DNA from: Caecitellus pseudoparvulus | Taxonomy: Eukaryota > Protista > Bigyra: Bicosoecida | DNA length: 64,000 nt | Direction: 5' to 3' | Assembly: GCA_965644315.1 (NCBI GenBank) | Contig: CBFFRQ010000065.1 | Span: forward strand, 124,001 to 188,000 | Shown: positions 32,437 through 45,000 of the stretch, piece after piece | How the letters are laid out: each line of letters begins with the position of its first letter | Numbering within the stretch: position 1 is the first letter of the stretch | Notes under the pieces: generated by a model | What the model saw: the letters and a program-made list of their open reading frames with translations, nothing else | Databases searched by the model: none | What the model was told of the DNA's origin: nothing | Made by a program: the position numbers and the translations under genes

Positions 32437-33018
32437 GACACGGTGGATCTACTGTAACTTGGTTCGGAATCTCAGGCCAATTTGCCTCTTGCTGACTGCC
32501 TTGTGTCGTAGCAGCGTCGGCTCGAAGCGGTGCAGGTCGAGCGAACCATGCCACACAATGCTCGAGGGACTCTCTGCGAAACTGGCGCGATGCTACGTGC
32601 TGATGGATTATGCACTTTGAGGTGTGTGGGAGTGGCGATGTATGGCGCTCGGCCCTGACATGAATGGGGGGAAGAAGTGGCACCTTGCCAAGCCGGCGCA
32701 CCAGGCCACAGTGTCTGCTCATGCTCAAATCTGCACAACGCGTCAGGCTGGCACTGAAATGACCACTTTCACGCATGTCCAGTGGCCCGCTCCGGCTTGT
32801 GTTGCTTCTGCCTGCTTGGGGGGCAGTTCACCAAGCGCACACTTTGCCAAGTCGCTGTGCGACGGCTGACTTGTGCTAGCCGCCGCGTGTCGCGAGAGCA
32901 GCTGCTGCCGCTGGGGTTGCCCTTCCCCCTCGACACAATATTGGCCGTGCCTCGCTCTGCAAAGTGGCAGGCTTGGGCTTCATCCGCTCGCTGTCTCTAG
33001 GCTGCCGCATCCGTCACC

Positions 33019-36000
33019 ATGGCAACCAACGTATGTGGCACGCCATGCTGAGCTGCATTGCGACGTTGCCACCGACTGGCGCAGCCTCAAGGTGCCGGTT
33101 TACCCGGGTAGCTGCCTTGGGGGAGGCTGCCTGTAGCACGAGCTGCTGTGCGCTGCACGTCAGAGGCCGCTTCGTGCATCGTGTTGAGCAGCAACCGCCA
33201 CGCCACCTCCCCGCCTTCGGTCCTCTGTGCAGCATCGAGAAGTGGGTGTCGGGCTGGATGCCTCAGTCAACAAAGAGAAACGGTGCGTCCAGGGCTGCCG
33301 TGTGGGGCGTCCCAGCTGGTAGCCCCGGCGTCGGCATCGACCCGACAGCCGGAAACGCCGCCGCCTGCCTCCCTCGCACAGGTTCCCGCTGAACCATGTG
33401 ACTACCTCGCGCTACACGGCCATCTCATTTGTCCCCAAGAACTTATTCGAGCAGTTTCAGCGGGCGGCGAACGTGTATTTCCTCCTCATCTCGGTGCTGC
33501 AGGTGTGTGCTGCGCCATGGTCCACGGTCCGCCTGGCCTGGCACTGGCTCCCCCTCCTTCTCGGCGCAGGTTTCCACTGACCTCTCGCCCACGAACCGCT
33601 TCTCGACCATCCTCCCACTGATGGGAGTTATGTTGGTGTCCATGATCAAGTCGGCGATCGAGGACTGGCGTCGACACTCAGCTGATGCGCTGACAAACAA
33701 CGCCAAGGCAAAAGTGCTTCGTTCTGATGGCTCTGTAGACACAGTCCGGTGGCAAGACATTGCCGTCGGAGACGTCATTATCCTGCACGACCGAGAGTCT
33801 TGCCCTGCTGACTTGATCTTGCTTGCGTCATCAGACCCACGCGGGTCCTGCTTCATTCAAACACGCTCCATCGACGGCGAGACTAATCTGAAGCAGCGCA
33901 CCGCAGTCAGCTCAACGCAAGGCATCGCAGGGCCCACCATGCACCAGTACACCACTGTCGTGGGGCTCTCACTCTCCAGCACTCACATCCGCAGCCGTGC
34001 GACGACAGTTCCTGCACCCCGGCCCGAGATGCACGCAGAGACCGAGGCGGGCGATGGCGCTGTGGATACAGGGCCCGGGGGGGTCGTCCTGGACGACGCC
34101 CACTCCAACGTTGACGTGCCCAAGTACAACGCGCTGCTTTCTAAGCTAGGGCCAGCCTTGCCTGTGTTTAGCGGTGTGCTCAAGGTTGACATGCCGAACA
34201 ACGTACTGTATCAGCTGAATGGGCAGGCCAGCGTGCTTGCTCAGCCACGCACGGAGTACAACGAAGGCGTCCTCTCAGCCATTGCCCAGCCAACTGCGCA
34301 TCACGAAGATGACAGCGAGGGTGACACCCTGGACCAGCTCCAGCCGTCTCCCCTGGTTGCCGCCGCCACTCCCTCCAGGAGCCTCCCGCTTCCGCCTGCT
34401 GCAGGCTCAGCCTCGCGTCGCCGCGCAGGTGACCGCCCTGCCAAGAAAGACACCCTTAGCAGCTCTGCTACAGTTGGCAGCCGCACACCAGGGGAGCCGC
34501 TCGTCCAGGATGCGGGGCAGGGTGGTGGCGGGTTGGGCATCGTGCGCACCCGAGAGGCGGAGGGCGGCGTCGAGTTCGAGTACGATTCTGGCCTGCAGAG
34601 CATTGACAAAGACAACATGGTGCTACGTGGGACCATCATCCGCAACACGAAGCTGGTGCTTGGCGTAGCCGTGTACACTGGCCCCGAGACAAAGATTGTG
34701 ATGAACTCCAACGAGTCTCCCAGCAAGACCTCCCGCATTGACTCAATCGTGAATGGCAGCATGGTGGCCATTCTCTTCGCCTTGGTCGTCATTTGCACCC
34801 TTGCCACCCTCCTGGCGTCGGTCTTTGAGCAGCGCTCCGGCGCCGACCACGCGCCGTACTTGACGTTCTTGAGCGAGGAAGTGCACAGTGGGCGCAGCTT
34901 GCTTGGCATGGTGCGTCAGTGGGTCACCGCGCTCATTCTCTTCAACAACCTGGTCCCCATTTCTCTTTACGTTACTCTAGAGCTGGTGAGGTGGTTCCAA
35001 GCCCGGGGAATGGAGGCTGACACGGCTATGTGCGACGCCGATCGGAACCTACCCATGGTCAGTCGGACGTCAGACATCAACGAAGATCTCGGGCAGGTGG
35101 AGTATGTTTTCACAGATAAAACCGGGACGCTGACTCAGAACTCCATGATGTTCAAGATGTGTTCGGTGGGCGGGTTCGTCTACGGAGCGACACGCATGAA
35201 CGTCACCGTGTCCCGCAGAGCAGTAGTTCGAGGAACTGGGCGAACTTTGAGTGTCGGCTCAAAGGGCAGCGCACTGGGCGACAGCGCCGCCTTGACTTCA
35301 CCCTCCGGCGCTGGCGCCTCATCAGAGAGGTCAGTCGGCAGTGGAGGCTGGGTGGCAGGGGACGACTCTGGAAAGCGGGTGCACACACGCCTCCGTATTT
35401 CTGGACCGCAGCTGTCTAAATCTGCTCACTTGGCCTCATCTGCCAGCACGCCAGCAAAGCGAAGCACAACAGCGGGGGTGCTTCAGCTGCCGCAGGGCTC
35501 TACGAGCGTGACACAGTTGCAGTCGAGGACTTCCACAGACCGCCGGGCCCGGGGCCCAGCTCCCATTTTTGCCGTGCCAGAATCCGACAGCGATGCCAAA
35601 GCCCTCCCGGACGCGCTTCCTCCAAGGCCACGTCGATACGGCTCGACGGGGCGTGTGCCAGCCACGCTGTCGCCCACTTTCAGCGCGGATGCCCCTGCAT
35701 CTGAGCTCCCCGCCTCAGCCCCACACGCCGTTGATGCATCAAGTGGTGGCAGCGCTGGGAGGCAGTCAGGCCATGAATCGGATGGCTACCGTGTCACAGA
35801 TGAAGCTTTTGTCCTCGGCGAAGACGATCTTGATGGCTCAGATGACGACAGGGACCAGCACGGCTCCAGCTTTCGCAGGGGCAACGTGCCTGTGTTCGAC
35901 GTGGAAGTCACTCAAGATGTTGAAGTGATATCTGGGGATGACACACGCAGTGCCACCTCTCAGGGCAGGTCAGACCAGCCGCAGGGACCCCCGGTGCGTG

Positions 36001-39000
36001 GCAGCGATGAGGAGAGTGAGCGCTCCAGTCAGAGCCTTCCCGAGCCAGGTGATGGTGAGACTTCTTCTGTTTCGTCGGCTGTGCTCTCGGGGTCCTCTCG
36101 GTCAGGGCGCCACACTTCCATTCCCTTCACAAGGCAAGCTTCGCATGAGGCAGCTGGGGCAGACTCGCTTCCAGCAGCGTCAAACGTAGCGGCTGCAGGG
36201 AGGAGCTTGTCGGGCGTGCAGCACGCACAGTCGCTCCCTCATGCCCAGCAGGCCATTTTGAATTACTGCATGGCCAAGTATATCCCTGGTGGGTTCAAGT
36301 TTTTTGATCCCCGCTTGATGCTTCACTTGACGGCGGGAGATGTGCAAGCAGAAATTTTGGCGGAGTACCTGCTTTGCTGTGCTGTGTGCCACACGGTGGT
36401 CGCGGAGCGCCCAAATTCCGTGCAGCTAGGTGGCAGCGAAGGTGGAGAGCTTGAGTATCAGGCGGCCTCGCCGGATGAAGCGGCCCTGGTTGCAGCCGCT
36501 CGCGGGTTTGGGTTCGAGTACGTGGACAAGCGAGGTGATACCATCACGGTCAATGTGTTGGGAATCAGCCGCACGTTCACCGTGCTGGCGGTGAATCAGT
36601 TCACTTCTGCGAGGCGAATGATGTCTGTGCTTCTCCGCACACCGGAAGGTCGCACGGTGCTGTACTGCAAGGGGGCTGATCAGGCTATCCTGGACAGGCT
36701 GTGGATCAACAACCCTCACACGGTTCATGCCTACCAGCAACAAATGGAGGCACAGGCCATGGATGCCCAAGCCGCAGCAGCTGCAGCATTTGCTGCCGAG
36801 GAGGGCACAGAGGATGCAGCTCACCACTTTCGCCAGCCGAGCGTGGAAGCAGGCAGCGTGGGTGGCACCCCTCTTGACGCGGCTGATAAAGCTCGCCAGC
36901 ACAGCAGTGTAGTGCAGAGTATGCGCAACTTGCTGTCGACGGAAGGATTGCCATCTGCTGGAACCAGCGTGCAGGGGCCTGCCAGGACCAGCACGCTTGA
37001 GCGCAGTTTTTCTGCTGCCGGTGGCCTGACCCCCACAGCCGGTGCTGGGAAGGTCCACGGTTTCTTGACAACAAGCTTGGCAGGGCAGGCAGCAAGCGGC
37101 AGTGTTCCAAGTGGCGGGGATCAAGTCGCTTTGGCTGCGTCAATGACCCTGGCAGGTCAGAGCGAAGATGAAGGCAAAGCGCCGCAGCCCGTTCGGCCAA
37201 GCGCTGTGCAGCTTCAGAAGGGGATTGGCATCGCCAACCGGCCTCGGCGTGGCAGTCTTGATGCCGAGCAGTCCGCGGCCTCGGTTGGTGCGACATCTGG
37301 TGAGGCCACTGATGGCCCGCCGAGCACCTTCCAAGGCAAGGCCCCTGTCATGGCCATGCCACCCAGGACCACGTCAGAGCTTGACGTCTCTCGGTCAATT
37401 GCGAGCCCGTCCACTATTTCCACACCTGGCGGAGAGAGCTTGCCGGGGAGAGCCGCCATCGGCTCGTCCGCTGTGGGCATTGCAGCCACTCGCTTGCGAG
37501 TCGACACGCGAGCTGGCTTGTTTCCTGACACGTACTCCGATGGTGATGATGTGTCCACACCCGTGCACACTTCATCGCCCACTCGGGGAAAGGCTCCTGC
37601 TACGGCTGCATCAGCTGCACAACAGGTGGTGGACTCCTTGGAGGATCCGTTCTCCTATGATGGGGTGTTGGACTGGGAGCTGCAGCACGTTGCCCTCGTG
37701 GAGCGCCACTTGCGCGAGTTTGGCTTGGATGGCTTCCGCGTCATGGTTATGGCTAAGCGCGAAATTTCCCCAGAGACTGCTGAAGCTTGGCTCAGCATTC
37801 ACAAAGATGCCAGCGAGGCATTGGTGGACAGGGAAGCCAAGCTACTCAATGCCGCAGATAGCATCGAAAGCAACCTGACCATGCTTGGGGCGTCTGCAAT
37901 CGAAGACAAGTTGCAGAAGGGTGTCCCACGTACCATCGCGAACTTGGCTCGCGGTGGCATCCGCATGTGGATGCTGACTGGGGACAAAGAGGAGACCGCT
38001 GTGAATATCGGTGTTTCGTGCCGTTTGCTTCGTGATGACATGTCTGTGCTGATGATCAACGGCCAAACCAAGGAGGAGTGCATCTCTCAACTGGCGGCTG
38101 CGCGGGCTGAGCTGCGCTTCAAGAATCTGTGGGATCCGTCCAATGTGAATGAGAACTTGGCCCTTGTGCTGGAAGGAAGAGCCCTTCAGCATCTCCTCCC
38201 CCCCGACCAAGGTTTCTCTGGGTTCAAGAGTCAGCACTCTGGAAGCGGAGGCTCTTTGATTGCTTCAATTATCGGAGGCGTTGCTTCTTCCATGTGTTGC
38301 TGCGTGGGAAAAGGAAGTTCTGACGGAGACGCAGGTGCCGCGTATGTGGCGCACGACTTCATTTCCCCCCGGCAGTCTGCCTCACCCTCGCAGCCCAGCT
38401 CACGAAGCAGGCGACCAAGTCGTCGTAGCTTGATGGGTGACAGTGTACGGTCGCTGCAGAGTACAGCCCTCAGGTCTCGAAACAGTAGGCGCATTGTCGC
38501 GCAGGCACTGGCTCGCTCTTCGCACAACTTGCTGGGCATGCAGTACGACGAAGAAACTGAGGATGCCGCTGGGGCTGAGTCTGAGCTTTCCCAGTTTGGA
38601 ACTTGCGAGCTCATGGTGGCGTGGGTTCTGCTGTTCTTCATTGACCTGTGCTCCTCTTGCTGCTGCTGCTGCACGTGCTTCAACAGCGTTCTGGGGGAGA
38701 CCCCAGCCCCAGGCGGAGCGGCCCCAGGCTCTGTGTCATCTCGCAGCGTCATGGACGAAATGATTGGCGGCAGCATTGCCTTCTTTGCCGGGCGCAAGAG
38801 CTTTGAAGACGGAGAGACAGGGAGTGAAGTATCTGATGATACTTGGGGACACCAGTACGGCGACTCGGCATCCCAGGCCAGCCGTTCACAGCGCATGGGC
38901 TCTGCACTGTATGGCCAGGCTTCATGGCGGTCCAAGCCAGGGGCAGGCAGCACCTTCATTTCGTCTCGGTCCCTGGTGGACGTTCGCAGCGGCAGCACAG

Positions 39001-42000
39001 GCCGTGGGTACTCTGGTTCGGGGATGACAGGTCCCGCCCTTCGAACCTACGAGCGGGAGCTCCTTGAAATCGCCAGGCAGTGCAAGGCAGTTGTGGCATG
39101 CAGGTTGAGTCCCTTGCAAAAGGCTCAGGTGGTGCGGCTTGTGAAGCACGGCGTGTCACCTTCCCCGCTTACTCTTGCTATCGGCGACGGAGGCAATGAT
39201 GTCAGCATGATTCAGGAAGCTCATGTGGGCGTTGGCATTTCGGGCGTGGAAGGCATGCAAGCTGTCAGGGCATCTGACTTTGCCATTGGGCAGTTCCGCT
39301 TTCTGGAGCGCCTGCTTCTGGTGCACGGCCGGTACAACTACCAGCGCGTGGCGTTCACGATTTCGTACTCGTTCTACAAGAATGTTGCCCTGGTGTTGAC
39401 TCTTTTCTGCTTCACCTTTTTCAACGCTTTCTCTGGCGCGACTCTGTACGAGAGTTTTGTGGGCAGCATGTGGAACGTGCTCTTCACGGTGCTGCCAGTG
39501 ATCGTCGTGGGCATCTTCGATGAAGATGTGAACCCAGCCTCAGCCCTCGCTTACCCCGGCCTGTACCTACATGGTCAGCAGAACCGCAAGTTCAATGCTG
39601 GGCTCCTTGGCAACTGGATGGCGACAGCTGCTTGGCATGCTTTCCTTGTGTTCTTTGGCATGTACTTTGTGTGGCTGGTCCCAACCATTGCCACACAGGA
39701 CGGCCAAGTGTCCTCTCTGTGGTTCTCTGGTGCTGGGGTGAATCTTGCCTTGGTGCTGGTGGTGAACTTGAAACTCATGGTGGAAAGCCAGGTGTGGTCC
39801 AAGGTGGTGCTTGGTGCAGTTGCGTTCTCGTTGCTGGCCTGGGTGGGGTTCGTCGCGCTGTATGCAAGTTTGTACGCTCTCGGCCTCAACCTCATTGACA
39901 TCGTTCCCTTCCTCGGTGTCGGCACCCGCCTCTTGCAGACGCCCACGCTTTGGCTTTCAGCCATCCCTGTCGCGACTCTGGCAGTGTCCCTCGATGCCGC
40001 AAACGCATACTACAAGCGCTACTCCCGCCCGCAGCTTCACCACATTGTGCAGGAGTGGGCAGCAGGCTTCCCGGGCCGTCTGAGCCCCGATAGAGTTGCG
40101 AAGATTATCCGACGCATGCTGCTGTGGTACACGAACCCAGCGGCAGTGACACAGGAGCTGCGGCAGTCTGCGAAGCGAAAGCGGAAGGCTCTGGGCTTGG
40201 AGGAGTCGTCTGATGAGGAAGGTGAAAGTGGGCCTGGAGACGCGTACGCTCATGAAGCCTCCCGCTTGACAACTGCTGCGCCAGTGAAAGTGAACCCAGA
40301 CATCCAACTTCCATTCTCATCCTCCAGGCGTAGCTCATCTGATTTCCCGACAGTGACCTCGGCCTCCGATCGCACCACGACTTCAGACATGGCTGGTGAA
40401 GCCAGCCTGGTGGCTGGCAGCTTAGACTTCCGGGTGGCAAGTCATGTTTCTGGGACAGGCGCGAGCTTGCCGGCGGGAGCCCTCGCTCCCGGGCCGTTTC
40501 GAAGCGCAGGCCCAACTGGCTTGCCCCGAGTTCCAAGTGCAGTGGTCAGCAAGGCTGGGCCGCTGTCAGTCAGCAGGGTCCAGATTGGCAACCACATGGC
40601 CTTGTCTCGTATGCGGTCCATGGGGTCTCGCATGGCCCCGGGGCTCGGCCTGACGACCAGCCTAATGGACCACCAGCTGCCCGTTCGGGAGAGCTCTGTA
40701 GGGAGTCCTGCGTTTATGGGCATTATTCAAAGCAGCCAACCGGTACCCTGGTCGGAAGAGGAAGGCACGACTGCCAACCAGCCTTCTGGCGGGGATGGCC
40801 CAGTCATGCTGTCCACTCAACCCCATTTGCCACATGCCCACGATGGGGAAGGCGCGACGGCAGCATCTTCCGTTGGGACGAGGGAACAAACAGCAGACGA
40901 CCTACTGCCAGCACGCAGCATCCCAGGCACAAGTCGAACCACAGGCACGACGGGGACCACCCTGCAGGGCGGCCTGTCAGTGCGTTCCCCTGTCCTCCCT
41001 GCACATGATGAATTAGACGGTGCGCTATCTCCCCAGCCGCAACCTCAGTCTTCTATGACGTCAGCACAGCCTCAGGCTGCGCCGGTTATTCTTGAACCGG
41101 TTCCAGAGGCCGAACACGAAGGCCACGTGCGTCTGCTATCATCCTTGCGAGGGTCTGTGCTGCGGAACATGGAGCAGCAGTGGGTGGACGAGTATGCCAA
41201 CAAGTTGCGCCTCGAAAAGATTCGGGAACTACGAGCAGCCGAGAGCAAGAACAAGCGACGACGCTCGTCGGTGGCCCAGCTTGGCAAGTCCATTCGCCGC
41301 CTCTTCACTCGGCGCAATGTTTACGAGGACGAGGATGCATCCCCGCGGCGCTCCGGAGGCCTCGGGGGCAGCTCTGAGTTCACACACAGTAAGCGAACAG
41401 GGACGTTGCTGCTGAGCCCAGTAGGCGCGCCGACTGCATCCAAGCGCAGCTCAACTGGCGGCAAGGCCGGAGTATCAAGCCCAGCGGCTGGGCATGTGGC
41501 TTCCCCAGCTGGGGATGCAGCGGGCATGTTCGGCTCTGCGACAGGCTTCGACGTTTCAGACGACTCTGGTCGTGGCCGCGCGCAGTCCTCCCCATTCAGA
41601 TCAGCCTCAGGAGGGCTGCAATCAGATGCGTCCCGTCCTCGAGCTGTGACAGAAGCTGCAGGATTGTCTCAACCTGCGGGTGCCATGCCATCCACGCGGC
41701 GGGCGTCCGATGGCACTTCAACGTCGCACGCTCTGGACAAGTTGGTGGATGCGACGGTGGATGATGCAAGTGTCACGACACTGGGAACTTCGGCTGTCTC
41801 AGAGCACACACCGTCACATGCTGCCCCTCGCTCTGCGAAGTCTGGGGGCACTGCTCATGGCACCTCTGAGAGCGGAGGCAGCAGCGAGGGGCCAGCTGCT
41901 TCGGAAGAACGGAGTGAGCTGGCGTCTTCTGGCGCAGAGCAAAGGCGCAAGCGCCCAGGAGTGTCCCCCCTTGTGCTGCGCACGCACTCAGGAGACTCTG

Positions 42001-45000
42001 ACACGTCAGGCAGTGCGCCAATTGGCCCCCTGTCGCCCACAACCGGCCTGCCCATCAAGAGCATATTACGCAAGCCCCAAGCATCATCACACAGCCAAGG
42101 AACTGGTCACAGCAGCCACTTCGCTGCCAACCCATTTGACGTCGATGGCTATGCGCAAGCTGCCGCCACGGTCAGCCCTGCCACAGGCAAGGCAACGGCC
42201 TTCGCTGCCGCTGGTGCCGCCGGGTCTGCCTCCAGCTCTGTGCCAGAGTGTGAGACGCCCGAAACAAGCATGTCACCGGCGCACAAGGGCAACCGGTATG
42301 TGCGAGCAAGCAGTGCAGCTTCGGGGGACTCTCAGTCTCTCATGGGCATGGCGCTTGTGACGGACACGATGACTGAGCTGAGTGTTTCCGCTCGAACTGG
42401 CTTGACGAGTCAGGGGGGCCAGGAACCCAGCAGTCGGCCGCTGGCCCGGCGACACCAGCCAGCTTCTCAAGGATCAGGCATCGCTTTGGCTCGCAGTGGG
42501 TCTGTGGGCCCTGATGGGCAGCACCGCGCCGAGTCTGTCACGACATCTGCACGTGGGGGCAGCATGGGCACCTTCCGGGGTGGGGGCACGAATCGCCTTA
42601 CCAGCAGCATTCTGAGGTCTACGACTCTCTCGCAGCCTTCCTCTACGGCAAAGGGGCGCAAGGCGTCGTTCTGGGAGGACTCCTTCGCCATTTACTACAT
42701 GACCAACACCATGCACGGTGTGGGAGGCGTGTCTGCTGGGCCGAAGCCGTTGATTTCCAAGATTTCACAGCGCTTCGTGAACAACAGACGGCTGGAGTCT
42801 CAGTACCAGCGTAAATACTTCGCGCCACGGGGAACCCTCCAGCTTCAGTACCTGCTCACCCTTGGCCACATCCTGTACACTGCCTTCACCGTGTTCGAGC
42901 TTGTTGCTGGGTACCGACACCCCCAAACTGAAGAGTTGGTATATGTCTCCTCGGAGGCTGCAAGTATTTCGCTGTTCTTTGAGTTGCACATCTTCCGCAT
43001 GGTGTCATGGGCCATTCTTATTGCGTTGCATTTGCTCACCCTGACGAAGGAGTTTCAGCGTCGATATGAGGTGTACATGCTGCTCAGCAGCCTGTCCTTT
43101 GGCTTGCTCTTCCTCTTCCTCGGGACCAGTGAACTCACCACGCGCGTTGTCATTTTCCTCATGGCGTTGTTCCTTGTGCTCCGTGTGCAGTTCACCCATG
43201 CGCTGGCTGTCGGCATTACAATCAGTCTCGTGACACTCATCATGACGCTGACAAACTCAGGGGGTGACCCTTCTGGTGGGTTTAGCTTCGCAGTGTCAGC
43301 TATCCTCTTCATCGGCTTCTTTGGCTACTCCGCGTACAGCTCGGGCTTGAACATGCGCCGTGACTTTGCTCAGCAGGGCACACTGCGGCTGGAGCAGCGC
43401 CGAGCAAACCGCATTCTGTCCAACACCATGCCCCCACATATCACCCAGCGCATCTTGAAGGGCATGGCGTCGGGATGGGCCAGTGTGAAGCCTGTCAGCC
43501 AGGCTGCCGCCGTCACGGTAAAGGACAGTCCCGGGGTCGGCGACCCAGCGCCCATGGCGCCTGTTGCTGAGCGGGAGACGGCATTGGGCGAGGACTCAGA
43601 GCATGGTGAGAGCTCGGGGCGCAGGCATGCCCCTCCACCCCCAAAACGACGAGCCCCCCCCGCCTCTCCAGGCTCTGGACTCTCGGTGTCTGTGGCAGGG
43701 GCTGCTGTTGACATGATGGATGATAGCGAGCCCGTCGCAACGGAGCTGGTCACCCCGTCGCACCGCCGCAACACCTCCAGCTCAACCTTTGCTAGCATGG
43801 GCCGGGCTCTTTCGCAGCCATCTGGCGAAAAGCTTCCCCTGGCATCCAGTAACCGCACGATCAGTTCCATGCGCTCCATGCTTGGGCAGTCATCCAGAGC
43901 TACGAGTCGAAAGAGTCGCCCCAGGGACCCCAAAGCCCCCCCACTTGCCTTGTTCGTCGATGAAGAGCCTGCAGTGTCGGTGTTGTTCGTGGACCTGCAA
44001 GACTTTCCTGTGATCGTGCAGCGTCACACGCCATCTCAGCTTGTGGGTGTGCTGGACTCTCTGTACTCGCTGTTTGACGTGCTAGCTTCAAAGCACCGCG
44101 TGTACAAGGTCGAGAGCGTGGGGAAGACTTGGATGGCTGCGGCGGGTTTGAGCCAGTCGCGCCCTGACCATGCAGCGGCGTGCATAAACTTAGCGCTGGA
44201 CATCTTGGACCACATCGTTCAGATCCGGAACATTCACGGCGAGCAATCTTTCCACGTGAAGGTCGGAGTGAACTCGGGCGCGCTTGTGACTGGAGTCGTC
44301 GGCTTGAAGAAGCCGCAGTTCTGTTTGTTTGGTGACACCGTGAACACCGCTTCCCGCATGCAAAGCACGGGAGTGTACAACCGGGTCCACATCAGTCCCT
44401 CCACTCAATCCGAAGTGCAAGGCTTGTACGAGCTGGAACCTCGCAAAGTCCAGGTGAAGGGAAAGGGGGAAATGTCCACGTATTTGGTGCGAGGGCCTGT
44501 GGATGGCCCGCTGCCTACGCACGTGCAACGCATGGACCAGAAACAGGAAGCAGAGAGGGCAAAAGCCCAGCTAGAGTCTACATTGGTGGACACAGCTCGC
44601 TCTTCTGTGGGTACAGGCGGTGTTGCTTCTGGTCGCCTACAGAAGAGCCCTGTCAGGCTTCCGAGGCAGGGGGTCGCTGGCATCGGCACTGTTGAGGAGG
44701 ACGCGCCAGCTCCGAAACACTTCACAGCCGCGCTTCGCATTGACACGGGCTCGACTGTGCGCGGTGCCGACAAGGCTCCTCGCAGCGAGTCGTATGAAGG
44801 TGTAGACACGAGTGACAGCAAGGGGCTGGCGCCACTGGGCGTGGCAGGGGGATCACCTGCCCGACGCCGGGTTCACTCCAGCAGTGGGCCAGGTGGTGAC
44901 AGCCCAGCACACAGTTGTGAGACACCTGCAGAGGATGAGAGTGCGAGCTTGAAGATCAAGCACTTGCCTGGCTTTGTAGGAACCCCTGTTGCCTCTGACT

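Noticed and set aside
33429-33569. ORF-track N-terminus (MSPRTYSSS...) of the 4667-aa protein
   Set aside because: It is out-of-frame exon 3 plus intron. The conserved P4-ATPase N-terminus is restored by splicing from an ATG at 33019.
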